Counted from the first letter of the stretch, positions 23,984-37,079 are shown. The stretch is 64,000 nt of DNA from Marsupella aquatica (GCA_973895155.1 OZ316895.1:4653181-4717180), one strand, 5' to 3'. Made by a program: numbers and translations. Notes: generated by a model not told the origin, from the sequence alone.

Positions 23984-25547
23984 CGGAAACTTCACAGCTT
24001 GCTGACAAACACATGGGGGCTCCTTACAGGTGTTGATTGATCTGAAAGGATATATTCCAACTGAGAACCAAACGGCTGTCACGCTTACTACAGCCCTTCC
24101 ATGGGTGCAATTTGAGTTATACAGGGATTTAACTTGGGTATCAAAACTCTCCTTAGTGATGATATTCTTGTATGCAGGGTAGTTGATCAATTCCTCTGTC
24201 CCGGTACTGCTGGAACATGTTGATGGGCCTGCAGATCCTCAATCCTTGGAGCCACCCAGTCATTTCTACAACCAAATTCGCATTTGCTAATCTACCTAGT
24301 GGGTTTGCCATCTTGCACAGTCTCTGCTTTCTACTACACAGCATGCAGCTTGGGCTCAGCTCAAGATGGATCTGAAGTACCGTAATGGTTATCCAGATAG
24401 TCCAGGGGTTGCGATCCAACATCCTCGGGAATGTAGATACAGCACGCCACTTGGGCACAAAAACTATTCGCGAGGAACAAAGAGAAGGTTTGTGTCCCGT
24501 CTGCATACAAGTCTGCTTCCCGTGACTTGATGCTTCTATGGACTGCAGCAAGATAATTTTGGATTCTATACGGTAGACATTGACCCAGCTTGTCCCACCA
24601 GTCATGCTGGCGTTTAATTGGGTGTTAGAAGTGCAAATTATCTTGGACGCTTGCAAAGCTTAGCTTGGTCACCAGTACTCTTTGATCTCTATTGAAATTT
24701 GTCTGCGAGAAAGATTTTGTAACTACGGATGGGACAATCACCAGGAAGGAAGAGTAAGTATAACTATCAACTCAGCTCAAAGCGCCACTGTCCATGACAA
24801 ATAGTGCACTGTCCATGACAAAACCTGGATCCTTAAACCACACCTATCACTATAAAAGCTTCATTCCATGTCTCACTACTCACCACAAAAAGGTGGAAAC
24901 CTAGCACCTTTTGTGGAGTACTTGCCAAAAATAAGGTTTTGCCGTCAACACCTTTTGTGGAGCTCTTTAGAATGAGAGCTACGGGTTACCCGTAGCCCTT
25001 TATAGGGGCAGGTGTGGTTTAAAGGAATCATTAATTATTCTTCTTAACATGGAAATATTTTTAAGCGGAAAACACTACAAGACATACTATTCACCTTTTT
25101 GTAAATAATCTTCACACTTTTAAGTACCTTATAGAATATTTGTTTTCTCATTTATCTAGATACAAATAGTCCTAAAAGCTTTTTATTACCATTTGGGGGA
25201 GATGGTTTAGAGTTGCAGCAACCCTATGCACATGTACCTTGTGCAGAGCTACTCAATAAATTGAGCAAAGAAGACGACGGAAGCTTGTGAAATATATTGT
25301 TCTTAAGATTGGCCCTCAGTTGGCTCATGCCATGCAAATATCGACACGAGGATGAGGAATTATGTGCCATAAGAAAAGAACTATATATGATTCACATCTT
25401 GCACTTGCTCCCCCGCTCTTCGGCCCTTCATCTGAAAACGTTGGCTATATATAACGTACCTCAAAAGGGTGAATCATTTGTTTTACACTTCATAAAACCC
25501 CAAAGATTGTACTCGCATTTCATGCCCTATAACCGGATGGGACTGAC

Positions 25548-25636
25548 TGTCACACCTGGAATTTGAACTCGCACCTAATGCTTCCCAGGGCTCTAGATGC
25601 ATGTCCTAAACCAAGAGCTAGCTAGGATACCACTGG
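25548..25636 (-). mobile_element. tRNA-like / SINE head
   Basis: Minus strand reads TAGCTCTTGGTTTAGGAC (A-box-like) ... GCGAGTTCAAATTCCAGG (B-box-like). The spacing is too long and the stems too poor for a tRNA. Confidence 0.45.
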
Positions 25637-26079
25637 ATTTGTGTGTGCAGAGAAGTCAACCTCATCCTAAACTAATAGTCTTTGTCACTCTGAATAATTT
25701 CACCCTCACCCTTTTCTCGTCCGCCCTCAGTGCAGTTTGTTGCAGGCTTCACGTTCCAATGGCCACCCAGTCCTGCTAACCGGCTCATCGGACGGATAAA
25801 ACAAAATCTCCAAGAAACTGAGGGGTTCACCATCCAGAAACCAGGATCACAAATCCCAACTTTGAATTAATGGGGGGGCCTGGCTAAGACTTGGTTTGGG
25901 AATTTGGGTTCTTTGGTCTCCTTTTGTTGTGCATGCTTGTTGTACCTTTCTTTCAGTAATTACGCAACACCCAATGCCCATACATTGCACAATATTTTAT
26001 ATAACAAGTGATGTTGAGAAGAGGTGTTGTCAAGTATAAGTGAGATGGCCAGACAATTAGACACTTTGGGGAGTTGATC

Positions 26080-26540
26080 CCTGGGTATGCCTCCCCTTTT
26101 TATAAGGCAAGTTTCTATTAATTCCTTATAATGACTTTATATAGAATTGACTATGTGAAGTTTCATTTTAGTCTACTAAAATCTTGTAGTCTAAAAAAAT
26201 TGAACTTGTTTTGATATGGAATTTTTTTTATCAAAACCAAATTATCCCGCAAATTATACGGTTTTTTTTAATACAGGGGTCTACAGCCAAACTAGCCAGC
26301 TTTAGGGGATTTTTATAAAAATTATAAAAATATTTAAATATATAAAAAGTACAAAAACTTTAGTAATGTTTTTTTAACTTTATGTGGGAACATAAGAAAA
26401 CCAAACCTTTCATATGACTTTAAACTTTTTAAAAGTGGACAACCCAAGTTTTTTCAAATTTTGATTTTTCTTATAGTCAACTCTTTAGTCCATGTACAGA
26501 TGTAGACCCCTGCCTATTGTACAAGAGTTGCATACCCGGG
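26080..26540. mobile_element. Non-autonomous DNA transposon (MITE), 461 nt, hAT-like TSD
   Basis: Termini CCTGGGTATGC ... GCATACCCGGG form an 11-nt TIR with one mismatch. They are flanked by AGTTGATC at 26072-26079 and 26541-26548. The interior is AT-rich. Confidence 0.7.
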
Positions 26541-27109
26541 AGTTGATCAATCAGCCTGGTATGTAAATGGATATCAAGGAGTGTGACTGTGAGCTGTTGT
26601 GGAGACAGTAACAGGCTGTACATCTTTAGGCCTGTCTCATGGTTGAGAAAAAATGTCACCTTAATTAAACATGAAGGGAACCGTCTGCCAGAAGGGCATT
26701 TTAGTAAACACACCAGGAGGAAAAAAAATGGGATTGCATGTTATAGACTTGTTTAATTTAATGTAATACATCAAAATCTATTCACTCATGACTTAGATGG
26801 ACCTAACACTTTTTGACATTCAAGAAGGTGTAATTATAGCTGAACAAAATCAAATGTCAGTGTTTAGTATGATCTACTGGACTGAGCACTTTTGACGTTC
26901 GAACAAAGGAGAAGAGCATTTTAGTAAAACGGGCCTCACAAAGCTGTACAATGGAGTAAAAGCAAAAGAGATGGAGAGAGACCAAACTCAAAAGAAAGGC
27001 TGCAACTGAGAGGAAAGAACAAATCTTACTGAAAAGGGCCAAAAACGAAAATCCACTAGAATTTGAGAAAAGTGGGAGGAAAATCTTCCATAGTAAGTGC
27101 ACACAGTCA

Positions 27110-27673
27110 ATTATATATCACACTACCAAAGGGCAAAAAATGTCAAACCAGGAGACAAGATCCCCAAGGCAAAGCAACCCAACGAAGGGGAGGAAAAGAG
27201 AGGAAAGGGCCCCCAAAAAAACAAGCCAAAGGGTTCCAAACCAAAAGCCTACAAAAATTTAACCTAAATATGAAGGAGCCGTGAAGGCTAACACCCTACT
27301 GAACGGAGAATTGAAAAGCCTGGTAGATCTCTGTAGTAAATCGCAAAGGAGGGTCCCAAAGCGGAACCTGGCAGGAGGCCCTAAAACCAACTTCCTTAGT
27401 ATTACGAAGGAGGGTAAAAGCCTGGGCCCGCTGAAGAGCCACAAACACCCTCTGCCGATAAAACGTGGTGAGAACTAAAACAGGGGGGAAAGACCTCCTC
27501 TCAATACAATAAACAGCATAAGCCCCCAGGAATTGGTCAAAGGTAAGGTGAAAAACATCAAAACCCTCAATGGCAAAGGGGTACAAAAGATCTCCGGTTA
27601 ACAAACCGCATGGCCTCCTCCTTGAGCTGGGCCAATTAAGAACTATATAGAACAAAAAATAAATGGTGAACAT
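27110..27673 (-). mobile_element. 5'-truncated CRE-like (restriction-like endonuclease) non-LTR retrotransposon 3' end
   Basis: Minus ORF contains YPFAIEGFD...FDQFL...FYRQRVFVALQRAQA, matching the F-P-x-x-x-E-x-x-G...QR-x-S-x-A-x-QR-x-x-A C-terminus of RLE-type retroelements. It is followed by a T-rich 3' UTR shared with other copies in the window. Confidence 0.7.
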
Positions 27674-28521
27674 CTAGCTGAATAAAATGAAGTGCTTAAT
27701 AGAGTGATCTCATCATGTTTCAGCCATCCATCCACATATGTCACCAGACCATGTGGTCTCTACAGGTTCAGTAAACTTTCACGTTGGACGAGTTACTTTA
27801 TTAGAAATGACTCAAAGATACACAAAGGGAGCCCAATCCTCATAAAAGAACCTCCACTTAGTTCAGCACAGAACCCAATAGCCTGCATTAAATTTAATAG
27901 AACAATAGCCACGTGATTTGACACTCTCTAGCCCATTTACCACGAGGGCCATGACAATTGGATAACCTCCTTGCGGATTTTTTTGTCGTCCTTTGCTTTG
28001 CCAGAGGCCAAAGAACAAAATAAACTACCTTTTTTGTCGTTCTTTCAGCCATGGCTTTGCCAGAGGCCAAAGAACAAAATAAACTACCCTACCGTAGCCT
28101 GAGCTGAGCTGAGCTGAGCTGGGCTCTACCTATTAAAATTCAGGAAAATGAAACGTGGGTATTGGGTAATGCAAACAGTGAATGGACTGCTGAATGCAAG
28201 AGACACACTGTCTCAAGACACTCTCGTCATGACGGCGCTGATGAGCTCATCTCGATTCCACATTTTACGTGTCTGATGAACCTCGATTTTATTACTCTAA
28301 TTTGATGAACCTCGATTTTATTACTATAATTTGACTACACGATTGAGTCCCAAATACGTGAAACGCAGAAAAGTCCCACGAGAGGCACGCTTGCTTGCCT
28401 CACCACCTTCCTCCATAGTTCCAATCTCTCTGTGATTCGTTTCTCGAACATTCGTCCTCATACCTTATTGTTCCTGAACAGGCTACCACCTACTGTCTGT
28501 GTTTTCGTTGCATTAGTTTCT

Positions 28522-28790
28522 TAGCTACTCTATCACGAATCCACTGATGGGTACCCGGCCGGTCTTGGGGGGTTTTGCCGCTCCTTCTGCAGTAGCTAAA
28601 TTTCTAGTTTAGTTCCCGTTCTGGGTGTGCTTCTTCCCAGGTGCATTCCACCCCCTGCTTCGTGACCTTTGGGTGCTGACCCCCTTTGTGGGCCACCCAT
28701 GTTGTATGTTGGCTTTTTGGATGTAATTCAAATGATTTTTTGGAGTCAGTGTTTTGTTTTTTTTTGGCCTTGGAATATCCAATTGAATTC
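28522..28790 (+). mobile_element. About 270-nt insertion bounded by a 17-nt target-site duplication
   Basis: TCGTTGCATTAGTTTCT at 28505-28521 and 28791-28807. The interior is T-rich and non-coding. Confidence 0.7.
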
Positions 28791-29989
28791 TCGTTGCATT
28801 AGTTTCTCTGGTGGTGATTAAGTATAGTTTTTGGGTGAGCATGCTGATGCAAATCCGGAGTTATTGACGAAGCTTGAGAAATTCTTTCTGGTCCTTCTGG
28901 AGCTCTTGACGAAGCGTGAGAAATTCTTACATGTGCATCGCGTTTGGGCGACAACCCACGTTTTGCTCATGATATCTGCGAATTGGTGTGCATGCTACAG
29001 TAAAGGTGCAGATCTTGGACGCATTCTTCCAAATGTCCATCACTCTTAATGATGCAAAAAACCACGCTAAAGATTTCATTTCTTTAAATTCGTTAAACCA
29101 GATTTGTTGGCGTGGAAAGCGGGGACCGAGCCTTTGGCCCCAGAGAAATCCATCTCAAAATTTATTATTGATTGAATCGTATAACATCCTAACTGCGCGT
29201 CCACAAAATAAGCGCGAACTCAATTATTTTGCAATGAACATGATAACTGCTGCACATCGTACCATCCACGATGCAGCGTCGTGAAGTCGAGCGTGAAGTT
29301 CTCGATAATTCCGCTAGCTAGACGTAGTAGAAGTAACATCACTATTTCTGACTCCCTTCTCTACCCCCATTCAGCCTGATTCAAAGCTTGCTCCCGTTCA
29401 CAACAAACTGTCTGACGAGAAGAAACAAGTGACAGAATGCTTCGGCTGCAGACATGCGTAGTATCTCATCAAATCGAACTTTCTTCACTGTTTATCGTGA
29501 CTGTTAGTTTCAACCTTTCCATCGGTTCCACTCAGGTCTGCACACCGTCAAGTTGCCATATTGAAATAGTTCATTGTTCTGTCACTCCTGTGTAGGAATC
29601 AAATCTATTATTCAGCCACCAATTAATGTGCTTTACTGTAGATGTAAACTCGTGCCTATAAGATTTTATTTGACAACGTATTACAGTGAGATGACAGCGT
29701 TTTCGAGACCCGCGCGTGACACCAAAGAAGCGACTGTCGGTGGGACCTCGTGACAATGCCTTCTCTCATGGAGGAGAAATTAATTAATCGCAATCCTCCT
29801 GCGTTGTCGTCTTGCTTCTTGAAGCCACGAATCTCGTGGAGAATAGAATCACCCGATGTTGTTTCTCTAGTGTTTCTCTCGGTTTGGTAATTAAAGTTTG
29901 GGGTCATAAGATTTTCCTAAGCAGTTCGAACTGCCGCCAAGAGGTCCGGCACATACGGGTCTCATTTTCACAAAAAGATATATCACCAA

Positions 29990-30313
29990 GCTGACCCATG
30001 AGTATAGTCGTATAGAGTACTCTGCACCTCTGTAGGGTACCCCACAAGGGGGGTCTGACACATCCAAAAGAATATAGACCATCAATTCCCAAACATGCAC
30101 CTATGTAGGGTAGCCCACTAGGGGGGTCATATCCAAGACCAGGAGGGAGACTAGGGCCCAAAGCCAACTGGTCAGGGCTGAGGAGAAACCACTCACACAC
30201 ACTCACCCTTACATCCCTTACATGTGGAGGTGAGATTGAAAGAGGTGAGATTGAACATGAGACCTCTCTGTTCCAAGCTCATCCCCTGGCCAACTGACCA
30301 CAACCAGTTGGTT
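29990..30313 (-). mobile_element. tRNA-derived SINE (head 30243-30313)
   Basis: Minus strand AACCAACTGGTTGTGGTCAGTTGGCCAGGGGATGAGC...GAGAGGTCTCATGTTCAATCTC. The body contains TACCCTACA motifs also seen at about 32166, 32559 and 50042. The left boundary is approximate. Confidence 0.55.
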
Positions 30314-33300
30314 ATCCTTTACTCTTTTGTCAGGAAGACTTAATAAGAACTTATTGAATAAACCAGGGTAAGAAAAACAGAATGACCTGTGCCATCATAT
30401 AATAACTTTAAAGAGAAACTAAGAATAGCATATAATGAAGTAAAATAAAGAGGCACATGATATAGACGTAATATTGTAATGAGTGAGACTCTGGAGGTGT
30501 TGCGACCCATCCATCACACCCAAATTTGGGATGCACGCCCTTCGCAAGTGTGAGCACGCTTGGACGAGCAAACTGGTCTGAGCTAATAAGCAAGGAAAGA
30601 TGAAAAAGCAAAACAAAAAGGAAACTCCTAAAAGAAAACTGGTGGCCCTACAGCGCAAGCCAGAGATACTGGCCATCTGGGCCTGCCTAGCGTGCTCAAG
30701 GGTATTGGCAAGTCACCTAACAGCTAGCTTCGACTATATATGTGGTGAGTCCTAATGGAGCAAAACTGGTAACTGGGATCCATGGACACTGTCTACAATT
30801 TTTGCAATTTGCCCTTTAACTTTACATTCTTCCCATTTGCATCAACAGCCAAGGTAAATTGACTGGTGATTTTTGGCAACAAACAGCCAATAAGAAACGC
30901 ACTGGTCATAAGCTCGCATGGGATCTCCCTGCTCTACTCTGACAGAATATAATTCCTTCCAGGTAGTTTAGAGCGAACCAACAGTAGAAAGCTCTAGTTG
31001 AGAAAATGGAACTGGGGATGGAACATAATGTAATTTGTTCCAGCCGACACCAAAGCAAGAGTCCTAAGCTGAGGAATCCGTGAATAATATAAAGTTTCTT
31101 TTACTTTAGATCTATTCTGGTGCAAAAATAAGAAATCTATCGAAGCAGATGGAGATTCAATCCGAGATTAAAAGTTCGAGAACAAAACGATTTATAGTAA
31201 CTTGAAGAGTACCTTTGGACGAGAAATTCCTAGTCTAGCCCATAAAGGAGGAGACTATAAACAAACCATACTTTTCTACTCTCCTTTTTATACACTGCCG
31301 AGGGCATGTTACCAACAGAGAAACATTGTATAAACCTCCAGTCTTGGGCCTTGGCCCCTCAAAGTGCGCTGTTTATACGAAAAGCGAAACTATTTTATTG
31401 TAGGTCTCCAAGCATGACCATCTTTCCTGGATAAAATGTCTGCCAGAGTCCACAGTAGAATAAAATAATAAAATACTGCATAAAAGTTGAATCTTATGTA
31501 AGGAAAAGCCTTTTTACAAACCCAACAAACTGACACATATGCCAATAGTGGAAATAGAACGATATACCCAGGTGTCAATCGTTAGTTGCTTACTAACTGA
31601 ATTCCAAATTTGTTAACTTCTAGCCAAGTGTCCTCCTCCAGTCATGGTAATGTTGGTTCCTAAAAAGTTCCCCCTCAAGTCCTGGCCAATCAGCTTTGCA
31701 AGGGCCAGGTGTTGACCTCTGATCAGCGGGGATCTGAGCTGCTAAAGTCATGTTCCCAGAACTAATTCAGCCAATCAGGCTTCCAAGAGGCCCCCACTGA
31801 CTTGACTAACACAGGGATGTAAATCATGCACAATTACCAATAAGTGTAATTTTGTAGGGGGGTTTGCACTCATCAAGTAAGGAAAACCCCAGTTTAGTGC
31901 ACATCGGATCTAGCTTCCTCAGTGTGTGCACTTAGAGAGAGTCCACCCTAAGAGCCAACTAGCATGTGGCCGCCCTGAAGGATGCAGCCCAAAGCACTTG
32001 CTAAACCCTCGGCAAAAAAGCAAACTTTATCTACTTAAGTTTTAGGGTGTTATTCCCCCAAAACTGTGTGTGTGATATGAGAACCCCCTTGGAGTGAGGC
32101 CCCCAAGTAATCCCCTTGGGCTCGTTGCCCTCAGGGATTTCATCCCGATACCCCCTCTTGGCAATGGTTACCCTACACATTCCATTCCATTCCATTCCAT
32201 CTATTTGGTACAATAAAAGTAGCTAAGGATTTTGGGTCACTTCACACCTAATCCTTGGGGTTGCCCTGGCATGTAGAACAGCCTCGCTAAAAGTAATCCC
32301 TAAGCTCCCAAGACAAAACATGGTGTCTGCTGAGAGTTTATCTGACTAGTAAGACAACAGGTCCCGGCTAGGCTTGATGCCTTCCAACCAGATAGTCTGC
32401 ATCAAGGCAACCTCGGACCAATTGACCTAGAAATACAATTGTAACAGTCAATACCATCGCAGTTCAATGGGCAAGGTATGAAGCCGACATCAAACCGTGC
32501 GGGCTGAGGTGGTTACAAGCCGAGGGGGTTACAAGCCATGGCCCCCAAGAAGGAACAGGTTACCCTACACATGTTTATCCAGCAGTGGAAGTTGGAGTCG
32601 CAAAATTGTTGGGAACAAAAATCCAACTCTGTTGCCAGTTTGTGCAAAATGTAAAACGGTCATTCCTATCCACTAAGGATGTAGACAGCATAGCTTACAA
32701 GAACACTCACTGCAAGACAGTGAGAGTGTCCATGGAACCTTAGCCTTAGCTTATCTAGAGAGGTCCCTTCTCCAGTCCTAGCGAGAGAATCTTCATACAG
32801 CTATGGCATCACCTCAAGGACTGGAACTCTGGGACCAGCAATTTTCCTGGCTTGGCAATTTTTAGCCAAAATCTTACCTCCTCCAACTACTGGTGAATGA
32901 AAACATTGGGGGTAAAACACTGGAATTATGGAACCAGTGATGTTTTAGTTGGCAAATTTTAGCCAAACGTGTACCTCGTCCAACCCCTGGCAAATGATAC
33001 AAATTAAACAAGGGAAAAGGATGACTCAAATGGGCCAAAATTTACTGTTAGTTAACAAGTGGATTGACCAGATCTGTCAAGATCTGACCCTTTTGTGAAT
33101 AATTATAAATAAATATTAGATGGGCCTAAGTGCAAATATTACTCATCAATCTGTGTAATTAGGAGGAATTGTGGGTTTTACCGATTAGTGCACATCATCC
33201 CTTATAGAGGGGTTGCACTTCTATATCTCATACAGAGTAGTCCTCTTTGGACTTTTACAAAAAGTGCAAAAACGTCCAAAACGGTAGAAAGAGATCAGCG

Positions 33301-33951
33301 TCAGTGTTGGAACTGAACCCAACCTAAAGGCAATGAGAGTGTCTTGGAACGGAACCTAAAGGCAACAAATATTAGGAACCTGGAGTTTTTGAGGTTGTAG
33401 TTTTAGGCTAGTGTGACTAATCTCACCATTTGCGAAGGAGAAGATGCTAAGATCATCTTTCAATTAAATTCACAAGATTAATTAGTGGTAGTCAGATCTA
33501 CCTGATCTAAAGATGACCTTAGATGCTGCCTAATGGGAAACTAATAACGAAAGAGAAGCCAAAATGACTAATACTTTTCAGAAAGATAAAATTAAGCTCA
33601 TTTTCGCCACTGAAACACACGGTGGTTTTAGAACGGTGAGAACGAGACAGCCGCCGTCGATCCTTACACGGATTAACTGTGGTCGTTCGGTCGGCTGAGA
33701 TAGTGGCGACTCCCGTGGTCTATGTAGTAAGCGCGTGGCTCGCTGCCCCAGAGGACCCCCGACTTGTTCCAACGATTCCGAGCCACAGAATCGACAGTGG
33801 AGATCTGTCCCAGAACCCTAGGACGCACCGGAGCCGTCGCTCGCTGATCTGGATGCAGAGGTCCGTTGGATTGGATAAAACCGCGAATCGAGTAAAAGGA
33901 AAGAACGCGATGGCAACGTCAAAGACTTTGAGGTATGTACGAAGATTACGT

Positions 33952-33974
33952 GGGGGAGGGGGGGGGGGGGGGGG
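33952..33974 (+). repeat. Poly-G tract
   Basis: GGGGGAGGG followed by 14 further G. Confidence 0.9.
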
Positions 33975-34847
33975 CAGAGGGTCCGCCATAGAACCCGCCC
34001 CACACTACTTGAAACTCGTCATGAAACTCCCCAAAGTTGAACACCCGTTTCAGCGCTGCTTCGAGTACCGTAGAGGCAGTGTGGGTAACTACTAAAATTT
34101 AGGATCTAACAGACAATATATTTTTAGGTGCTTCTGAAACTATTTTGTCTGTAGAGATTGTATACAATATTTTTAGAATGAAAAATGAAAACCAGGAGAA
34201 CTGGATAAAAACAATTTGACTTTACATTATTCCTGGAATATAAATTAGTTCATGTTTTGTGCAAGTCCTGCGCAAACCGGGATGGCACTGTGGGGAGGAA
34301 TTATGTATTGAGGGGGCGTCCACACATAGGAAAATCCAAAATTATGTGATTGTGCGTTATATCATGACCAACATTTTTTTTTGGTTAAATCTCGGAAGTA
34401 GCTCCCCCTGTATATATCTCCAAGACATTTCTGACAAATTCATATGAGCTTTACTGGGGATTTCAGGGCGACAGAACTTGAAAAAACTCACAATTGTCTT
34501 GTGTACTTTTGTGGGGCTATTTTAAGCTTTGATGTTCAATTGTTAAGTTGGATTTTGGGGGCAAACGTCATGTATTATTCCAAGAGGATTAGGAGAGTCT
34601 TGGTGTGACCTGTCTTATTCTGTTAGGAGCTGTCAATGGACGTCTATATTGTCCCATTAGGATTTTCCGATGTTTATTATGCTCAACAAGTGGGCCCAAA
34701 GTCCCAACAATATACATTGGAGAGGTACGGCTAACACATACCAGATTTCTTAAATAGCAAAGTATTGCAAGTTGTACATGAACTTAGTCAGCTTAGTCCC
34801 AATGTTACCTATTCTATGAAACCGCCATGTTGTATTGGTTCACATGC

Positions 34848-35440
34848 ATCACATTGCCAAGAATAAAAGCGCCAAATGGGGAGACAAGATACTCAAAGCA
34901 AGAAACCCAATAAATGGAAATATACACATACTTTTTACAGAAAAAGGCCAAATAGAGTACAAAAGAATAAACAAGAGAGGTCCCAAGTAGACAAAACCAA
35001 CCCCAAAAGAAGTGAGCAAAAGGAAACCCTAAAAACCAAAAAAGAGGAACTAAAAGAATAAAGGGGAACCAAAAGGGACGGCAGCCCAAAAAACCAAAGA
35101 GGCAAAAAGGCTGCTGAGTCCCCAACAGTGAACAAAAGAACTGAAATCCCACAAAGTAGCATACTAAACTAAAACGGACTGGGCAGCAAACGGAAAATCC
35201 CAGTAAAGCTCTGGAGTAGACCCCTCCGGAATCCACAAAGAGGAACTTGTCTAGAGACCCTAAAACTAACAGCCTTGGGTACATTTGTTGGAAGGGAACA
35301 TGCAGCTTAAGCACCGATCCACTCCGCCCTATACAGACCTAGTCCTTATAGGGCGGAGCCCGCCCTGAAAGTTAGGGACTTGACCGAGGAGCCACCAGGC
35401 CCTCCTGGGTTAGGCTGGCGTCTACCCTCCCCTTTTTTTC
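34848..35440 (-). mobile_element. Non-coding copy of the CRE-like 3'-end family with a GC-rich structured 5' part
   Basis: GGAGACAAGATACTCAAAGCAAGAAACCC resembles GGAGACAAGATCCCCAAGGCAAAGCAACCC at about 27150. The body is A-rich. A perfect 12-bp stem forms at 35322-35333/35347-35358. Confidence 0.45.
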
Positions 35441-36900
35441 ACCGAAGAAACAAACATAGCAGAAAACTCGCTGGATTGGATCAAGGCCAGATCAATCAAA
35501 AATTTTAATGCTTGCGAGGTGCAGAACTCCTATAAGTTTGTCGTTTTAATCCACAACCTACCATCACCATTGATGTGCTCAAAACTTAGAATTTGGATGG
35601 TGCTTTTTCATCTTTGGCAGTCTGATATATATGGTTAAGATTCAACAATGAGACAAAGACTTCCAGATAAAAATAATATATTGGGGAGACGAAGGGTAAC
35701 CCTTGAAAATTTAAGGTGCTGTGCTGCTCAATTTTTCTAATGAGTAAGTGTCAACAATGGGTATGATGACTGAGTGTGACAAATGGGTTTGATGAGAGCT
35801 TTTCTAAGTATGATATTACAGCCCAGATAAAAGTTTCCTCACCCACACTCCAACCCGCTCCCCCCCTCCCAAAAATAAAATAAAAAATAAGCAGAAGAAG
35901 ACGAAGAAGCACGCCTTCATAAAACCAAGCCCTTTAATTTTAATCTGGTTCATTCATGATGTACCTGCTCCATTAAGTAAACTTACAGCAGAAGAAAATA
36001 GTAATCTACACTTGCATAGCAATCTTGTACCCCTACAACTGTTTTCTCACGCTTGACGAGAAAAGTGCCCTAAACAATGTGAGCTCATTTAGACAGGTCT
36101 CGAGGCTGCCAAGTGATTCATTCGACGGAGAGCGTGTGAGCAACCTGATTTCTTTCCGTTACTTTGACGTCCGGACAAAAGTTACCAGTTGCCACCATTG
36201 AGAGTTTGAGACGTTAAGAAATGAATGCAAGAGCTGAGTGCGTACACACAATAGGTTACGATGACAACCCACTGAATACAGGATTAATTGCAGCCCAAGA
36301 AAACAGGTGAATTTTCTCTCATGAGATTTAATCACTGGAGTAGAGAGACTGTCTTCATTTAGCTACGATCATTTTGTCCTACAGACCATTAAAATACTGT
36401 AGATTCTTGACCATCTTATCTAGCTGGATAGAATAATGGGACGAGACTTCACTACTCCAGGAAGAGTGATACCAAGAACCCTTCAATTGAGGGAAAAGGG
36501 ACCAATTTTCTAAAGACGGCCAAATAAAGTACAATGGAATAAAAAGGAAAAGAGGTCCAGAGAGTATAACCCTCCTCAGTTGGTGATAGTTGAGGAGGGC
36601 TACACGAGAAATCCTGGAAAACAAATGGCATGTCATTTCCAAAATTTATTTCCCCAACCTTTCAAGTGACTTATCCATTTTGACTCTATACGAAATTGAG
36701 AGGTCACTTGTGCAATAAATCTCCAAATCGTATATGGAGTCCTCCCACTCTTACATGGACTAGAGTGGGGCCCCCAAAATACTTGTGGATAGCAGTTCTA
36801 GACTTCTAGCCATAGTTTACATCACTTTTGGAGGTGGTATTTGAAATGACAGCTCCGTCTCTTCTCATTCTGTCAGTGCACTATTAAATGCACTACCTGA

Positions 36901-37079
36901 TTACCTTTTCTTGTCCTGATGCACTCTAAAAGGAAGTGTGGATCAGGTATATGATAAAATGGTCACCTTTTCTTGTCAGGATGCAGTCCAAGAGGAAGTC
37001 TGGATCAGGTATGGTAGAATGGTCACCTTTTCTGGTCAAGAGGGAGTCTAAATGTAAATCTGGATCAGGTATAGTAAAA
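36901..37079. repeat. About 60-nt tandem repeat x3 (diverged)
   Basis: ACCTTTTCT.GTC...TGGATCAGGTAT recurs at about 36903, 36965 and 37025. Confidence 0.9.

Noticed and set aside
25548-25636. Functional tRNA gene
   Set aside because: A/B-box-like motifs are present but no full cloverleaf forms, so it is treated as SINE-like.
34814-35314. Hydrophobic Phe/Leu-rich minus ORFs as membrane proteins
   Set aside because: They are artefacts of the T-rich retroelement 3' UTR.
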